Assembly (NCBI GenBank): GCA_002256025.1
Contig: NKIB01012926.1
Coordinates: 1-64,000 of the forward strand
From: Asterionella formosa
Lineage: Eukaryota
Length of the DNA: 64,000 nt
Direction of reading: 5' to 3'
The position numbers and the translations under genes were made by a program. Under the pieces are notes generated by a model. It did no database searches. It worked only from the letters and a program-made list of their open reading frames with translations, and had not been told where the DNA came from. This document shows positions 10,830 to 22,655 of this stretch, piece after piece; positions within the stretch are counted from its first letter, which is position 1, and every line of letters begins with the position of its first letter.

Positions 10830-13094
10830 ATGTGGCAATCCCTACTAAACAGCGATGCTGGCAAGGGGCTAGTGGAGTCTTTGGAAAAGGCAGGCGACGC
10901 CATTACCAAAGGAGCTCAGCGCGCGACAGCAGTGCCAACAAAGACGTCTAGTCGTACAGAGATCCACACGGACAGCAGCGACCCTGGATTGCAAGTTTTC
11001 CTCGACGCCGCTGGTATCGTAAACGACGCATCAGCACCAAGGCAAGACCTTTTGATGACTAGCAAAATCAAATCAGGTTGGGGCAGTTTGGTAGAAACGA
11101 CGAAACAAACGCTCAAAAAGACCCAGGAGGCTGTTGAGAAGGAACAAGTTCGCCTTGTGTCCAGATTTCAAAACAGACCGTATCGACGCGATCCATCCTT
11201 GCCACTCGACGTCGACGCACTTCGTGATGCCGAGGTAGTGTATATTACCGATCGACTCCTGACCATGTCGCACCCGGCTATGCAATCGTCTGTCGATGGC
11301 GACATTACGCCCATTCGTAAGTTGGCCGCTGTAGGACAACTACTGCACAAGCGACATGATGGAAAGTTTATGGTGTGGAACATGAGTGAAGTGGATTACG
11401 ATATATCAGTGTTGGACGATCAGGTATTGACTTTTTCGTTTCCTGGATCGCCTAGTCCACCATTGGGGCTATGGTTGAAATTATTAATCAGTATGGAATC
11501 ATGGCTCAAGGCAGATCCGCAAAATGTGGCTGTCTTGCATTGCTTGACAGGAAAGGGGAGAACATCTACCGTCCTAGCAGCCTTTTTATGTTGGATTGGT
11601 GAAGCAAACTTTTCAAACATAACGACTGCCTTGGAATACATTGCCAAATGCAAACATGTGCCCTTGGACGAATTGATCATTCCCTCACAACGCCGCTATT
11701 CCTCCTACTTTGCAAACATGTTGGACGGAGTCAGACCATCACAACCACCTCTCCTGTTGAAACGAATACTTATGACGTGTGCTCCGTCCTTTGCTAAGGG
11801 ACCACCACGTGACGACATTATGGGTGACGACGATGAAGCAACGACCAAGCTCCTCAGTGGCTGTGCTCCTTATTTGCAAATATTTAAGGCGGGCCAGTTG
11901 GTATTCACCACAGCTGCTACCCTTCATGCCAATCAATCCAAGGATGAATTGCCATTTTGTGCGGTGGCAGATGGACCTATTTGTTTTCATGTTGAAACGG
12001 TCGTACAAGGCGACATTCTCATTCGATGCCGTCATTTGACCTTCACTGGTCAACGTGTCAGTATGTTTCGTGCTGCATTTCATACCGGATATGTACCACC
12101 CAATGTGTTGCGCCTTAGCAGGGCACAATTGGATGGCGCATGTAGTGACAAACGATTTCCAGACGAATTTCATGTTGATTTGATCTTTGAAGCATGTGAT
12201 GCTGAAATGGCAGCCAAACACTTGTCAGGCAAGGCAGATGCGCAGGAGGAGGAAAATGATACACCAGATTCCTCCCAAAATGAAGCCAAGGAGAGAAGAC
12301 AAAAGGGAATCGCTATTGAAACGTCGCCCGTACCGAACACGACGCAGCAACAAGGGCCCATTGTTACGGCAAGTGCCTATGATAGTATGTTGCATCGGGA
12401 TAGTCGATTTTGGGATGTCATCGCAGCACGCCGTCAAGCTCATGCTACGTGGACTCAAGAAGGAGATCCGCTGTGGGGACCTACGATTGGACGACGACGA
12501 GATTTTTCACAAAAATTGTCAACCCAAGGCGTCAGTTCTAGTACCCACGATACGAATGAAGCCAAGACTGGTGATACCAAGCTCAATTCTTTAGAATCCT
12601 TTTCCATTGGCGGTGACTCGTTTAATTTTGATAGCTTTGTTGTAACACCGATCAAGGCAGCAGCAGTGGTAGGACTCAATGAGGAGGAAGAGCCCAAGGA
12701 ACGAGATGAATTGATGGAGGCATTAATGGCGTTGGAGGATGATTCAGGGTCACCAGTTAAGGAAAAAGGAGCTCAGGAGAAAGTAGCAGCTGACTCTGAG
12801 ACAGGAGAAGATACTACTATCGACAAAGACTCGCTATTTAAGATAGAAGGAGCCTTAGAATCCAACACCCAAACGACCGAGGCGTCGACTTCAGTAGTAA
12901 ACGAAGCTGCGGGGCTTCTGGATGATGACACCAATGACTTGGACTTAGATTCGGACGTGGACGCTTTTCTCTCTGGAGGTGAACAACACGAAGAGGGAAC
13001 TGGAGAAGGTGACGACGCTCTCGCCTTGGATGATTTCGACTTTGATGATGACGATGATGATATTGAAGATCTTGAAAAGTTCTTGTCCAAGTGA
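10830..13094 (+). CDS. PTEN/tensin-type phosphatase domain plus PTEN-C2 domain protein with an acidic tail
   Basis: YITDRLLTMSHP, P-loop VAVLHCLTGKGRT, IPSQRRY, C2 motifs PYLQIFK and VQGDILIRCRH...MFRAAFHTGY, then a D/E-rich C-terminus. First ATG at 10830. Confidence 0.85.
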   Translation: MWQSLLNSDAGKGLVESLEKAGDAITKGAQRATAVPTKTSSRTEIHTDSSDPGLQVFLDAAGIVNDASAPRQDLLMTSKIKSGWGSLVETTKQTLKKTQEAVEKEQVRLVSRFQNRPYRRDPSLPLDVDALRDAEVVYITDRLLTMSHPAMQSSVDGDITPIRKLAAVGQLLHKRHDGKFMVWNMSEVDYDISVLDDQVLTFSFPGSPSPPLGLWLKLLISMESWLKADPQNVAVLHCLTGKGRTSTVLAAFLCWIGEANFSNITTALEYIAKCKHVPLDELIIPSQRRYSSYFANMLDGVRPSQPPLLLKRILMTCAPSFAKGPPRDDIMGDDDEATTKLLSGCAPYLQIFKAGQLVFTTAATLHANQSKDELPFCAVADGPICFHVETVVQGDILIRCRHLTFTGQRVSMFRAAFHTGYVPPNVLRLSRAQLDGACSDKRFPDEFHVDLIFEACDAEMAAKHLSGKADAQEEENDTPDSSQNEAKERRQKGIAIETSPVPNTTQQQGPIVTASAYDSMLHRDSRFWDVIAARRQAHATWTQEGDPLWGPTIGRRRDFSQKLSTQGVSSSTHDTNEAKTGDTKLNSLESFSIGGDSFNFDSFVVTPIKAAAVVGLNEEEEPKERDELMEALMALEDDSGSPVKEKGAQEKVAADSETGEDTTIDKDSLFKIEGALESNTQTTEASTSVVNEAAGLLDDDTNDLDLDSDVDAFLSGGEQHEEGTGEGDDALALDDFDFDDDDDDIEDLEKFLSK

Positions 13095-13795
13095 AGAGAA
13101 TATATACTACAGGAAGAATCTGTACTCACATTGTGTTTTTAGCGGCAAACGGCTTTTTTTAGATAAAAGCTAGATTGATATTGTCGCGAGTTCATCGTCA
13201 CTGCCTTTCCTCTCGGTATAGCCAATGTGACCAACAATTAATAGTTCCTTTGTTTGCTATGCTTAATGCCGAATTTTTGATTGGCTGCTTTTAGCCATAA
13301 AATGTCTCGATATAAATCGAAAGTGATGTTTGCGGCAACAAAGGGGAACATGTCGCGGGAACTCTGACGGAAGTATAGCCTTTGCAGTAGACCACCGACT
13401 TGCAAAAGGGAGAACACTCCTGTAAAGCAATCTTCACATAGGTCGATAAATTAAGCCTATCCTAGCTAATATTTGTGGTTAGGGGTGATCTGCAATTTTG
13501 GCCGTCGTCAAAGCAATGCACTGTATTGTTCCGTTAACAAGTATTTCTAGAATCGCACCTGGTTGAGCTACGAAATCTGTGGTTCATTCGAATTTTATCC
13601 AGATTCATGGCAATTAGTACACGTAGCCTCGTTTGATATGATTAGATTTTATGATACTCCAAGATTGACAACATTCCTTCAACCCGGCGTAGTTTTTCGA
13701 TAGTGCTCCACTCACGGCAATTTCAACAGTTTCTCCTTGGCAACTAATGGTTCCATCCCTAGTACACTCGTCCTTTCTCGTATGATTTGCATGAG

Positions 13796-14503
13796 TTATG
13801 ACTCTTTATGTTGTTGCTTCATATGATTCTTGGCATCATAACTGGCAACCGCATGACACGCGGACGTCAACTGAAATACATTTATAATTTGTTTCATCGC
13901 ACATCCAGGAGCACATGCGATTGCCAATCCACGAACAAATGCCAACAGTATGGTCGAATCTTTCTCCGTCAAGTTGGTCAAACTGTACAAACAAATCCAA
14001 AATACTTCCGCACCTACACAAAGGTATCCAAAGAACCAATAATACTTGTAGTACCATTGAACCAAAAAGTTCCGATCAGCATTTGATGTTTCTGACTTGT
14101 GATGTGAGTTGTACTGCAAAGCTGTTGTTGAGTATTGTTGACACCAGTGAGATGAAATGTCCAAAATGATGAGCATAAGAAAGGCGAGGCGATGCACCAA
14201 GGGGCCGTCATTGGTAGAAGTAGCCGTACCCAACACGTACAACAATCCCAACGTACTGCATCGGTCTGTAATCATGTCTAGTAGTCCTCCAAAGGAAGAT
14301 GTTTGCTGAAATTTCCGTGCTGCCATACCATCAAATAAATCTAAAATGAAGGAACTCAAGTACAGCAAAATTGCCAGCAACCATACCGAGGGAACGCAAA
14401 GCATCAGCGTCAGTGCTGTCAGCGTCAGAACGACTCGTACATAGCCGATGAGGTTGGGAATAAACAGCAATATATCTGCCGCCGTCGTCGCTGTTGCTGT
14501 CAT
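13796..14503 (-). CDS. PIS1: Phosphatidylinositol synthase (CDP-diacylglycerol--inositol 3-phosphatidyltransferase)
   Basis: FIPNLIGYVRV, CDP-alcohol phosphotransferase motif DLFDGMAARKFQQTSSFGGLLDMITDR, LDISSHW, HK motif, KQIINVFQL. Confidence 0.92.
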   Translation of the reverse strand: MTATATTAADILLFIPNLIGYVRVVLTLTALTLMLCVPSVWLLAILLYLSSFILDLFDGMAARKFQQTSSFGGLLDMITDRCSTLGLLYVLGTATSTNDGPLVHRLAFLMLIILDISSHWCQQYSTTALQYNSHHKSETSNADRNFLVQWYYKYYWFFGYLCVGAEVFWICLYSLTNLTEKDSTILLAFVRGLAIACAPGCAMKQIINVFQLTSACHAVASYDAKNHMKQQHKES

Positions 14504-14979
14504 GGGGCTGCTGGATTTTCTATTTTAGCTGTATATTATTGCTTGTGGTTTGGACAAGGGAAATGACGACTCGGCAGTCGCTCCTGGCTATATGGGGTGA
14601 ACAAAGCTGTGGACGGCTGATGACGATCATCAAACAATGGCGCTGCAAGATGATGGGGGTAAGAAGAAAAATTTGAAGGAAACAGGATATAATATGTACC
14701 GGTATGATATTCAAGAAATTCTATAGACGACCTACAGCAAGACAACAAAGCGGACAAGATGCGGTGTGTCCTACACATACCGCTCTCAAAAGCCATCGTT
14801 CCGCTGATGCACAGATGTGAAAAACGAATATACATATTCATATTCGTATAAATAGAAAAACAAAAATTGTACGCACATCATTCCATGTTACATTACGATC
14901 TGTTCTTTGACACACATCAAGCAAAAAGATATGGTTCGTTCTTTTCCACGTTGTTTTGACGCTATCATTCCTCGTTCAG

Positions 14980-15001
14980 CTCTCTCTCTCTCTCTCTCTC
15001 T
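14980..15001. repeat. (CT)11 microsatellite just 5' of the 15009 ATG
   Basis: Read directly from the sequence. Confidence 0.9.
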
Positions 15002-15008
15002 TCACACC

Positions 15009-15673
15009 ATGATTTTTGTCCTTTTCTCCTTTGTGGCATATTGTCATGCCTTTTCTCCCATGATGTTTGGTGTGGTACGTATTTATACATATATGTGTGT
15101 GTGTGTTGATTGATTGATTGATAGGTCTTGATTGCATCATTAGTAGTCAACGGCATGGTGCGTATTTACCATTTCTTACTTACCAATTGTACTTACATAT
15201 ACTATCAGACGACCACCACCACACGGCGCTTCTTGGCAAACAAGGAAGCTGCTGTTGCTTCTTCTATTGCTAATAAATATTTTCAATTGGAAGAATTGGA
15301 AGATAAAGATACTTGCACAACAGAAGTATTGTTGAATGATGACAGTACTATATCAGTGAGTGTTACTGATGGTCCAATTTTTAAAGCTGCGTCTGGAACA
15401 TGGACCATGATGGATGAGAATGAATTTGAAATGACGTTGTCACGAACCTATCAAGCTGGAAAAGAAAAGTCAGATATGGGAGACTTTGAGTATACAGTAG
15501 AACGGACGTTTCTGGGTCAAATTACACACATTGGCGCTTGTGTTGCCATGACAGGTTCGATTCATTCCATGGATTCTATCCTAGGCGATGAAAATGTTGG
15601 ATTCTTTACCATGATTGATACCACAGATGCACGTTTGATGAAGGACGATGACGAGTATGAGAACAAGGAGTAA
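15009..15673 (+). CDS. Two-exon, probably plastid-targeted protein of unknown function (exons 15009-15074 and 15209-15673)
   Basis: Exon 1 MIFVLFSFVAYCHA-FSPMMFGV is a signal peptide with an ASAF-like cleavage site. A 134-bp phase-0 intron (GTACGT...TATCAG) joins it in frame to TTTTTRRFLA...YFQLEELEDKDTCTTEVLL. Confidence 0.8.
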
Positions 15674-16268
15674 AAGGGACTCACTTTTTTGCTTTAAACC
15701 GCAAGTTGCACTAGGGTTGTCGAGTGAGCAGTTGCAAGTCCAGGACAGAAATTCCATGGAATAATGTTGCAGTCAAATACATATTTTCACTTTCATAAAT
15801 CTTTCTCTGTAGGTGATGAATAATGTTTGGTCCTTGTCCTCAGTACAACTATATGCTAGGAATCATTCAGACAATCTAACCATTGAAGGTTATATCAAGT
15901 ATACTGGTACCTGGTACTTTATGTTCTTGTACTAATTTTTGGAATGTTTTTCAGCTAGAACTTGTCCAAGATTTTTTTAGAGTCCACAGTCCTTGTGACT
16001 CGAGCTATGTTCTGGTATTCTTTACGTCACTGGTTTGCAATCTACCGGTACAATACTCGCTCCCTGAGTATGGGTAATACATGCCGACATACCAGCACCG
16101 GTACACTATTGGAAAAAAAATTGTGTTGATGGAAAGCGAGCGAATCTTCAACTTTATCTCGTTACTGTGAACAGGATCACAGTGAGAATCTAACATTGTC
16201 CCCAAGCATAAAGTTATTCCTGATAAATTTTTAATCCTTTTGAGTATTCTCCTGTTTGTATCATTGTC

Positions 16269-17756
16269 ATGAGCACTTCACACCAGCAGCTGGCAAGAAA
16301 AGTCCTCGATGCGCTTCGAGGAAGTGGCGCAACCAGCCGACCCTTTCGATGCTTCCCCCTCAAAGCACATCACATCACTCCCATCTCGTCCAGCAACCAT
16401 CCGCCATCTCCAAATGAGTTCCATTCGCACTTATTGCAGTTGATTCGAAATGCACAGCATCGAGTGCATCTAGCATCACTATACATAGGACCCGCAGCAT
16501 CAGCAGCAGCTACAGAAGAACACGAATTGCTTCATGCATTGACAGATTTGGCTGCATATCGTCCTCACGTTGAAGTCAAGCTGTTGATGGACGCCAATCG
16601 AGCATTGCGTCCTGTCATGACAACTAAGCATGACAAGCCTACGTCCTCAGCTGAAGCAGTATTCAAGTGCATTCAAGCGAGAACACCATCGTCGCAATTT
16701 TCTGGGAAGCCCTGTTTGCTCTATTTGTTCAATCCATCGCCCCGATTGCTTGTGTTACCATCGCCCCTCAACGAAGTCGATGGGGTCTTTCATATTAAAT
16801 GTTATATCATTGATGATAATCTCATTCTTTCTGGTGCTAATCTATCTCAAGAGTACTTCACTGATCGGCAAGACAGGTACACGTGGTTTACGAATGGTGG
16901 AGGTGGTTTGGTGGAGTTTTACGTTGAGTTGGTCAATGCTCTTTGCGACTACAGTCATGTCTATGATGGTGTAGTCAACTCGAAGAAAAAAAGAAGAGAT
17001 GAAAAGGACAGGAATGATTTGATTCAAAGAGTTTCGAATTTGATGAAGGGGGTATCGAATGACTGTGCTACCGTGTTTTCAACCATGGACAACAACAACG
17101 ACGATCCATCCGTCGTGGCATATGCCATTCCTACCTTTCAATCCCCGTCGTCCTTAATGTCATCCTCTAATGATGTAGTTTTGACTCAAAATTTGATTTC
17201 AAGTGCTGCCAAAGAACATTTGATTTTACAATTGGCAAGTGCCTACCTTAATCCAACTCGGACATTGTTACAAGAACTTGCTAAACTTCCAAACAGACAT
17301 GTCCAATTATTAACAGCGGGTCCAATTTCTCATGGATTTGCTCCCAAACATGGACTTGCGCGGAAAGGAGACTGGGTACCACAAGTGTTTTCAACAATTT
17401 CCAAAACGTTAATGCAACAACAACAGTATGATGTACTTTGGTATTCACGTCCAGGATGGACCTTTCATGCCAAGGGCATGTGGATCACATCGCCAAACAT
17501 CCAGCATTCCTTGGTGGCTGCCATGGTGGGCTCTGGAAACTATGGATATCGAAGTTGGCATCGTGATGTAGAATCCAATGTGATTATGGTGTTTCCTCAA
17601 ATGACATCCCACGTACAAAGCAGTCTTCAACAAGAATGGAAATCACTTTGTCATTTTGCTGATATCGCACACTTTGAACAGGCAGCGAAAAATGTCTTAA
17701 TCACTTCATCTAGCATGATCAAAGCTAGTTTGCCGTTGATTCAGCGATTCTTTTAA
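16269..17756 (+). CDS. PGS1: CDP-diacylglycerol--glycerol-3-phosphate 3-phosphatidyltransferase (PLD-superfamily PGP synthase), probably mitochondrial
   Basis: RVHLASLYIG, GVFHIKCYIIDDNLILSGANLSQEYFTDRQDRY, SAYLNPT, second HKD-like motif GWTFHAKGMW, VGSGNYGYRSWHRDVE. The N-terminus is basic and poor in acidic residues. Confidence 0.9.
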   Translation: MSTSHQQLARKVLDALRGSGATSRPFRCFPLKAHHITPISSSNHPPSPNEFHSHLLQLIRNAQHRVHLASLYIGPAASAAATEEHELLHALTDLAAYRPHVEVKLLMDANRALRPVMTTKHDKPTSSAEAVFKCIQARTPSSQFSGKPCLLYLFNPSPRLLVLPSPLNEVDGVFHIKCYIIDDNLILSGANLSQEYFTDRQDRYTWFTNGGGGLVEFYVELVNALCDYSHVYDGVVNSKKKRRDEKDRNDLIQRVSNLMKGVSNDCATVFSTMDNNNDDPSVVAYAIPTFQSPSSLMSSSNDVVLTQNLISSAAKEHLILQLASAYLNPTRTLLQELAKLPNRHVQLLTAGPISHGFAPKHGLARKGDWVPQVFSTISKTLMQQQQYDVLWYSRPGWTFHAKGMWITSPNIQHSLVAAMVGSGNYGYRSWHRDVESNVIMVFPQMTSHVQSSLQQEWKSLCHFADIAHFEQAAKNVLITSSSMIKASLPLIQRFF

Positions 17757-18052
17757 GTGGGTGAAAGGCTACAGCATGCTGAGCCCGATGGACAGGTCAG
17801 GACACCTATATAATAACATATTTCTATTTAGAAGTAATGATTTTGGATTTGACCTTTTAGAAATTACATGTGTATCTTGAAGGATGAACCCAGCGAAAGG
17901 CCGGATAGACCATCACCATTGCATGTACATTACTTGTGCAATCCCTCTACGCCTTTTCACATCAAAGCTTATATTTTCACTTACCTTTCTTTGCCATGAA
18001 ATCCTCTTACCCCGAAAGTATATCTAAATCTAAAACGCGGAACAAATATCCC

Positions 18053-19933
18053 TTACATCATCTGTTGTTCCTTTTGAAGCAACCAAGCCGGCTTTGATGA
18101 AACACCTCGCCCAGCACCCGTTGTGGTCTCAAAGTTAAATGCTGGTGCTGGTTGAAGAGTTCCAAATACAAATTGATCCCCTGACACCGTGGGCGCAACA
18201 TGGTCCATTTCTTCATCATTGTCAGAGAACAAATCATCAATCAAGTCTGCCGCAATATCGGCAGCCTCTGTGCCCCCTTGCCATGACACGCCAAACTGTG
18301 CAACCTGCGAGGCTCGATCGCAAATCCCTTCCAAGGCATCAACGCCCTGATATTCCGTAAACTCAATAAGGATACCAGTTGCATCGTTCAACCGTCGCAA
18401 CATAGCATTGGTAAGCTGCACAGCAACGACTGTAAGGTCCATGTCAACTGACGTTTCCAGTATATCTACCATGGTCCGGAGCATCTTAGGGGTCCGATAA
18501 ATTTGCAACAAAAAATCGTCTCTTGCACTTCGACTACTCCAGGCATCGCCCATCGATTCACCTGGGTACGCAGCACAGGCATTCCACAGTGCTGCCAAAG
18601 ATTCTCGTTTGACGTCTAACTTAACAACCTCCGATGTGACAGTCATACAAAGGTTGGGCAAAAGAACTGGGACAGCAATCTGTGTTGACAGATGATCTGG
18701 TCTACCGGCATCGCATAAAAGTGTTCCTATTGCCCATGCAGCTTCCGCTGCCACAACAGGAGCATCGTCCATCGTAACTAATTTGGCCAGAGATACAACG
18801 ATAGATCCCGAATGTGCTTCCAATAATCCCAGCAAATGCTTGCCACCACATGCTGTTGCGATATTTCCCACAGCACGGATACATGGGATAACATCCACCA
18901 ACGTTGCCAACCTGCATGCCAATGCTTCACATACAAGTCGGGGAGGTTGGGAGGAAAAGCTCACCCTATCTGCCGTGGTATCACAAATGTAATCAACTGC
19001 GTCTTCTTCTCGTGACGTCAAAAATGCCACAACCCATAACATTTCGTTTGCCACATTCGTCCACGTAATGGCAGTCTCCTGTGTGGACGCCTCCCCACCT
19101 CCAAGTCGCTCGGGAGACAACAAGAGTTGAGCAATCAACGATGGCGTTATTAAAGACTCTCCCAAAAATGGTTTCGCTGATGGTCCTCTGGCTATATTAG
19201 ACAAGGCCCAAGTAGCATTTCTACAGACAGTTACCTGTTGCATAGCTAAGGAGCGCTGCATGATTTGGACCAAAATTGGGACGACTGGCAAGCAGAAAGG
19301 TCGGCACGATTCATCGCCTGCCAAGTTTCCAATGCACCAACTACATTGCGACGACAATTCAACGGAATCTTGTTGAGAAATAGCTTCTCGAAGGACCGGA
19401 ATAACAAGTCCGGGAGTTTGGGCAATGAGTAACGACCAACTCAAGGTAGCACTTGCGTCATTTCCGTAGTAGTTCCCACCGTCGTCGTCGGTAGGGTTGT
19501 TGTTGCTAACTTCTGTAGCTGCAAGATTCGTCAAGATGCGTGCAGCAGCGAGTTGCGTGGGAGCGTATTGCTGATGCATGGCGACTAAGAGTGCGTTGAC
19601 CAAGGCCTGAGCCGACCGAATGTCCAGAGGGAGAAACAATTCGAAGTTCTTCTGATGGTGAAACGATATGGCTTTCTCGAAGTGCTGCAATCCTTCCTGA
19701 TCGGTGGGAGCATGAATCACGCTTCTTGCAATGTCTTCCAGTGATGCAGCAGGCGTGTTGGGATCAGCGCTATCAACGGCAGCAGTATTGTTATTCAACT
19801 TGCGCTTCAAGCTCACAGCATGCGATCGCCTTGACTTTCGTACCTTGTCGCTCAACAACATTCTCCGCTCCGTCATGGCTCGGCGTTGGGCTTCGGCATC
19901 TTTTTGTTTCGAAGAAAGTCTATTGGATTTCAT
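18053..19933 (-). CDS. Importin-alpha-like ARM-repeat protein (divergent)
   Basis: Basic IBB-like N-terminus (RRAMTERR..VRKSRR..LKRK) and ARM repeats with WxxxN motifs: AARILTNLAA, CSWCIGNLAGD, NATWALSNIARG, EAAWAIG. Confidence 0.8.
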   Translation of the reverse strand: MKSNRLSSKQKDAEAQRRAMTERRMLLSDKVRKSRRSHAVSLKRKLNNNTAAVDSADPNTPAASLEDIARSVIHAPTDQEGLQHFEKAISFHHQKNFELFLPLDIRSAQALVNALLVAMHQQYAPTQLAAARILTNLAATEVSNNNPTDDDGGNYYGNDASATLSWSLLIAQTPGLVIPVLREAISQQDSVELSSQCSWCIGNLAGDESCRPFCLPVVPILVQIMQRSLAMQQVTVCRNATWALSNIARGPSAKPFLGESLITPSLIAQLLLSPERLGGGEASTQETAITWTNVANEMLWVVAFLTSREEDAVDYICDTTADRVSFSSQPPRLVCEALACRLATLVDVIPCIRAVGNIATACGGKHLLGLLEAHSGSIVVSLAKLVTMDDAPVVAAEAAWAIGTLLCDAGRPDHLSTQIAVPVLLPNLCMTVTSEVVKLDVKRESLAALWNACAAYPGESMGDAWSSRSARDDFLLQIYRTPKMLRTMVDILETSVDMDLTVVAVQLTNAMLRRLNDATGILIEFTEYQGVDALEGICDRASQVAQFGVSWQGGTEAADIAADLIDDLFSDNDEEMDHVAPTVSGDQFVFGTLQPAPAFNFETTTGAGRGVSSKPAWLLQKEQQMM

Positions 19934-22322
19934 TTTTGATTAAGTTGCGAGTTTTTCGTGTCTGACTGACTACCAGCACCGAAAATTCTACCCGCTCAAC
20001 TAATACTTGTACTCCGTTTAGTCGACAGATTCTGATTGGTTGATTCCGATGCTGGTATCTTGTAAACTTCGACCCCACTCAACTCCCTTATCTATGATCG
20101 AATGACCGTCACTTCTATCTCGTATTGTTCTGTTATGATTGCTAACAAGAGAAGTACGGAAGCAGGTGTTTCCCCGCCGAGGGAAAATCACAATCTCTTG
20201 AGAGTTGCTTACTATCCGTCTCGAATTGATGGAACGACTGACTGGTAACAACTAAATTTATGAAGATCCTTGTTTGAAGGAACAGGTACTGAATGTCCAC
20301 GTACAGGTATGAAATATTTTATTTCTATTTTCATTGTAATTCTTATATTGTGATGGAAATTTACATCTTCGAATTTACATATTTCTGTCATTTTTAGTTT
20401 ATGCCTGTACTATCCCCTGGCAAAAATCAGATTTTTGACTCTTCGTATATACATGCAATATAGGATAGCAGACCATTCTCATGATCGATATACGTACATT
20501 TTATATATACTATGTATTATAATGATTGATCATACATGAGTATACATACGTACAACTATTATATGCCAATCATATATGCATATGATGGATATATGGGTCA
20601 TAGAAAGGTCAAGTATTTTCATACGGAGGTTTATATATGTCTTGTTGAATACTGGTATACCGGTATGGCGATTCATATCCACTGGAGAATGTGATACACT
20701 ATGGTCACACATTAGTAGAATAAAGCACCAAGTAAACGTTTTTCTCTGTGTCCAGTGACATATGGATTCATCGTGATTTGCATTACAGCTGTTCATATAC
20801 TGAATTCGTTATCCTTTACTAGTTTATCAGACCTTTCCGCTCCACCCTTGGACCCATTATACTTCGACGCAGATCTACTCTGGTTGAAGCGGCTGCATCT
20901 GCAAACAATCAGCCAACACGTTGATGCAGCATTGCACCTCCGGAGTTTGCCATTGAACGCATTTTCGGTTGTACCTGACTACTACCCCAACTTTCGGACA
21001 GAGGTCCCGACTGCTTGTGGCCCATACTACACACACCCTACTCTGTACCGAGTATAAACAGACACTCACGACGCCAACACGATTTCCTTTTGTTGGAAAT
21101 TTTTATCAACAAACCCATTCTCTCGATGATTGACATCCTTAACCCAGAGGTTTTCCCCCATAATCACAACCAGCTTGTACACCTACTTGTCCTTACATAC
21201 GAACGCTTACCAAACCAGAGCCTCGCCGGTTTTCCGCTATCAGAACTACCAACCCACTTTAATCCAGGTGCCTACCACATGGCTGGCATGCAGAGAACAC
21301 AAATGCACAATTCGCATGGCTATCATTGAGGCTACTACCATGCACATGTCTGTTAAAAAAATATCATGAAAATATGATCAAGGGTATCGTACGCTAAGTG
21401 GCACAGGACTTTCAAATATATGATAGTTTTTTGATCAAAAATATGATCAATGTATCACATAATTATGATCATGCAGTAAACTTTTACCGTGCTTAAAGTA
21501 TGATGATACTATCATAGTTATAATACCATTGCATCATATAATTAGTTAAACATGGTCATATGATGATGTGTATACTTTTGTCATACATCTATCTAAGCAT
21601 GATTGTAATTCTCATCGATATCACTGATAGGATTAAATTGATCGAAATTTAGAACTATATTTAAGAATTGTTTTATTTTTCTATATCTTGAGTGGCTACA
21701 GAATGTTCTACAATGCTCTCATCGCAATGATTGGTGCTTCAGCTTTCATTTCCACATTCCCCCCAATCCAATTCTGAAGGTTGTTGTACTGGTTGCCTTG
21801 CCGTTGTTCCCCTGCTTGCTTTGTTCCATTTAGTACTCCTGAGGGTTCTGAGTTTGCTTTCACGCACTATTGAATCCGTTTCGTTGTTCCAATCAGCCAT
21901 ACTAACAAAGAGAAGCAATTCATTGTTAGCTGTTCATGTTTTGCTTACACAACAACATGCATTTTGCTTCTATCTGCCCTCACTTAACACAAATTGAGGT
22001 GGTAACTGATGCATATTTCTGTAGAAGAATGTGTCAGTCGAAGATTGAATGAGAAGCAAAGTATTGATCAATAAATGGGCTCCAACACTGCTCTTTGGAA
22101 CTTACAAATACTGTTTGTCTACCATTATGATGAAAAAAGCAACACATATGTGTCAGTTTTTCTAACAGTTGTAGATTGATCCAAAGATGGCTGATAGGCA
22201 GCACTTACCGTTTCTTTTGTCCACATTGATGGTTGGCCAGCCACCAAATCGAAAAGGAGCTATTGAATCAATGAAAGGGGACGAGTCATTCCGTATTTGT
22301 AATCCCAGCAATTGATCACCTT

Positions 22323-22655
22323 GGCATTTGCTCTTGACAAACCGTGATGCTATGCAGACAGCTTGTTGATTCCGCCCTTCTCCATCATATTCACTCCTTC
22401 TTAGCCGCATGGTGTATCATCGTGCTGTATTGTCACTTCAGTTTTTCGCATCATGTGTTGCTTGAGATCCTTCATTTCAGGAAGTGGATGCAGCATGACA
22501 AGGAACATGAAAGGCATCTGCTCTTGACTTACCATCAATTGATTCCGCCCTTCTCTTCTAAGCCGCAAGTATCATTGTGCTGTATTATCACTTTCGTTTT
22601 CCGCGTCATCATCTGTGTTAATCCTTCATTTCAGGAGCAAAGTGTATGCATGAAA
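22323..22655. repeat. Diverged tandem duplication (two copies, period ~190 bp)
   Basis: The blocks ggcat(t/c)tgctcttgac, ttgattccgcccttctc, gtatcat(c/t)gtgctgtatt and atccttcatttcagga recur in order, starting at 22323 and 22513. Confidence 0.75.

Noticed and set aside
20755..22300. Short ORFs upstream of the importin gene
   Set aside because: No start or splice structure or domain that I can support; probably decayed repeat sequence.
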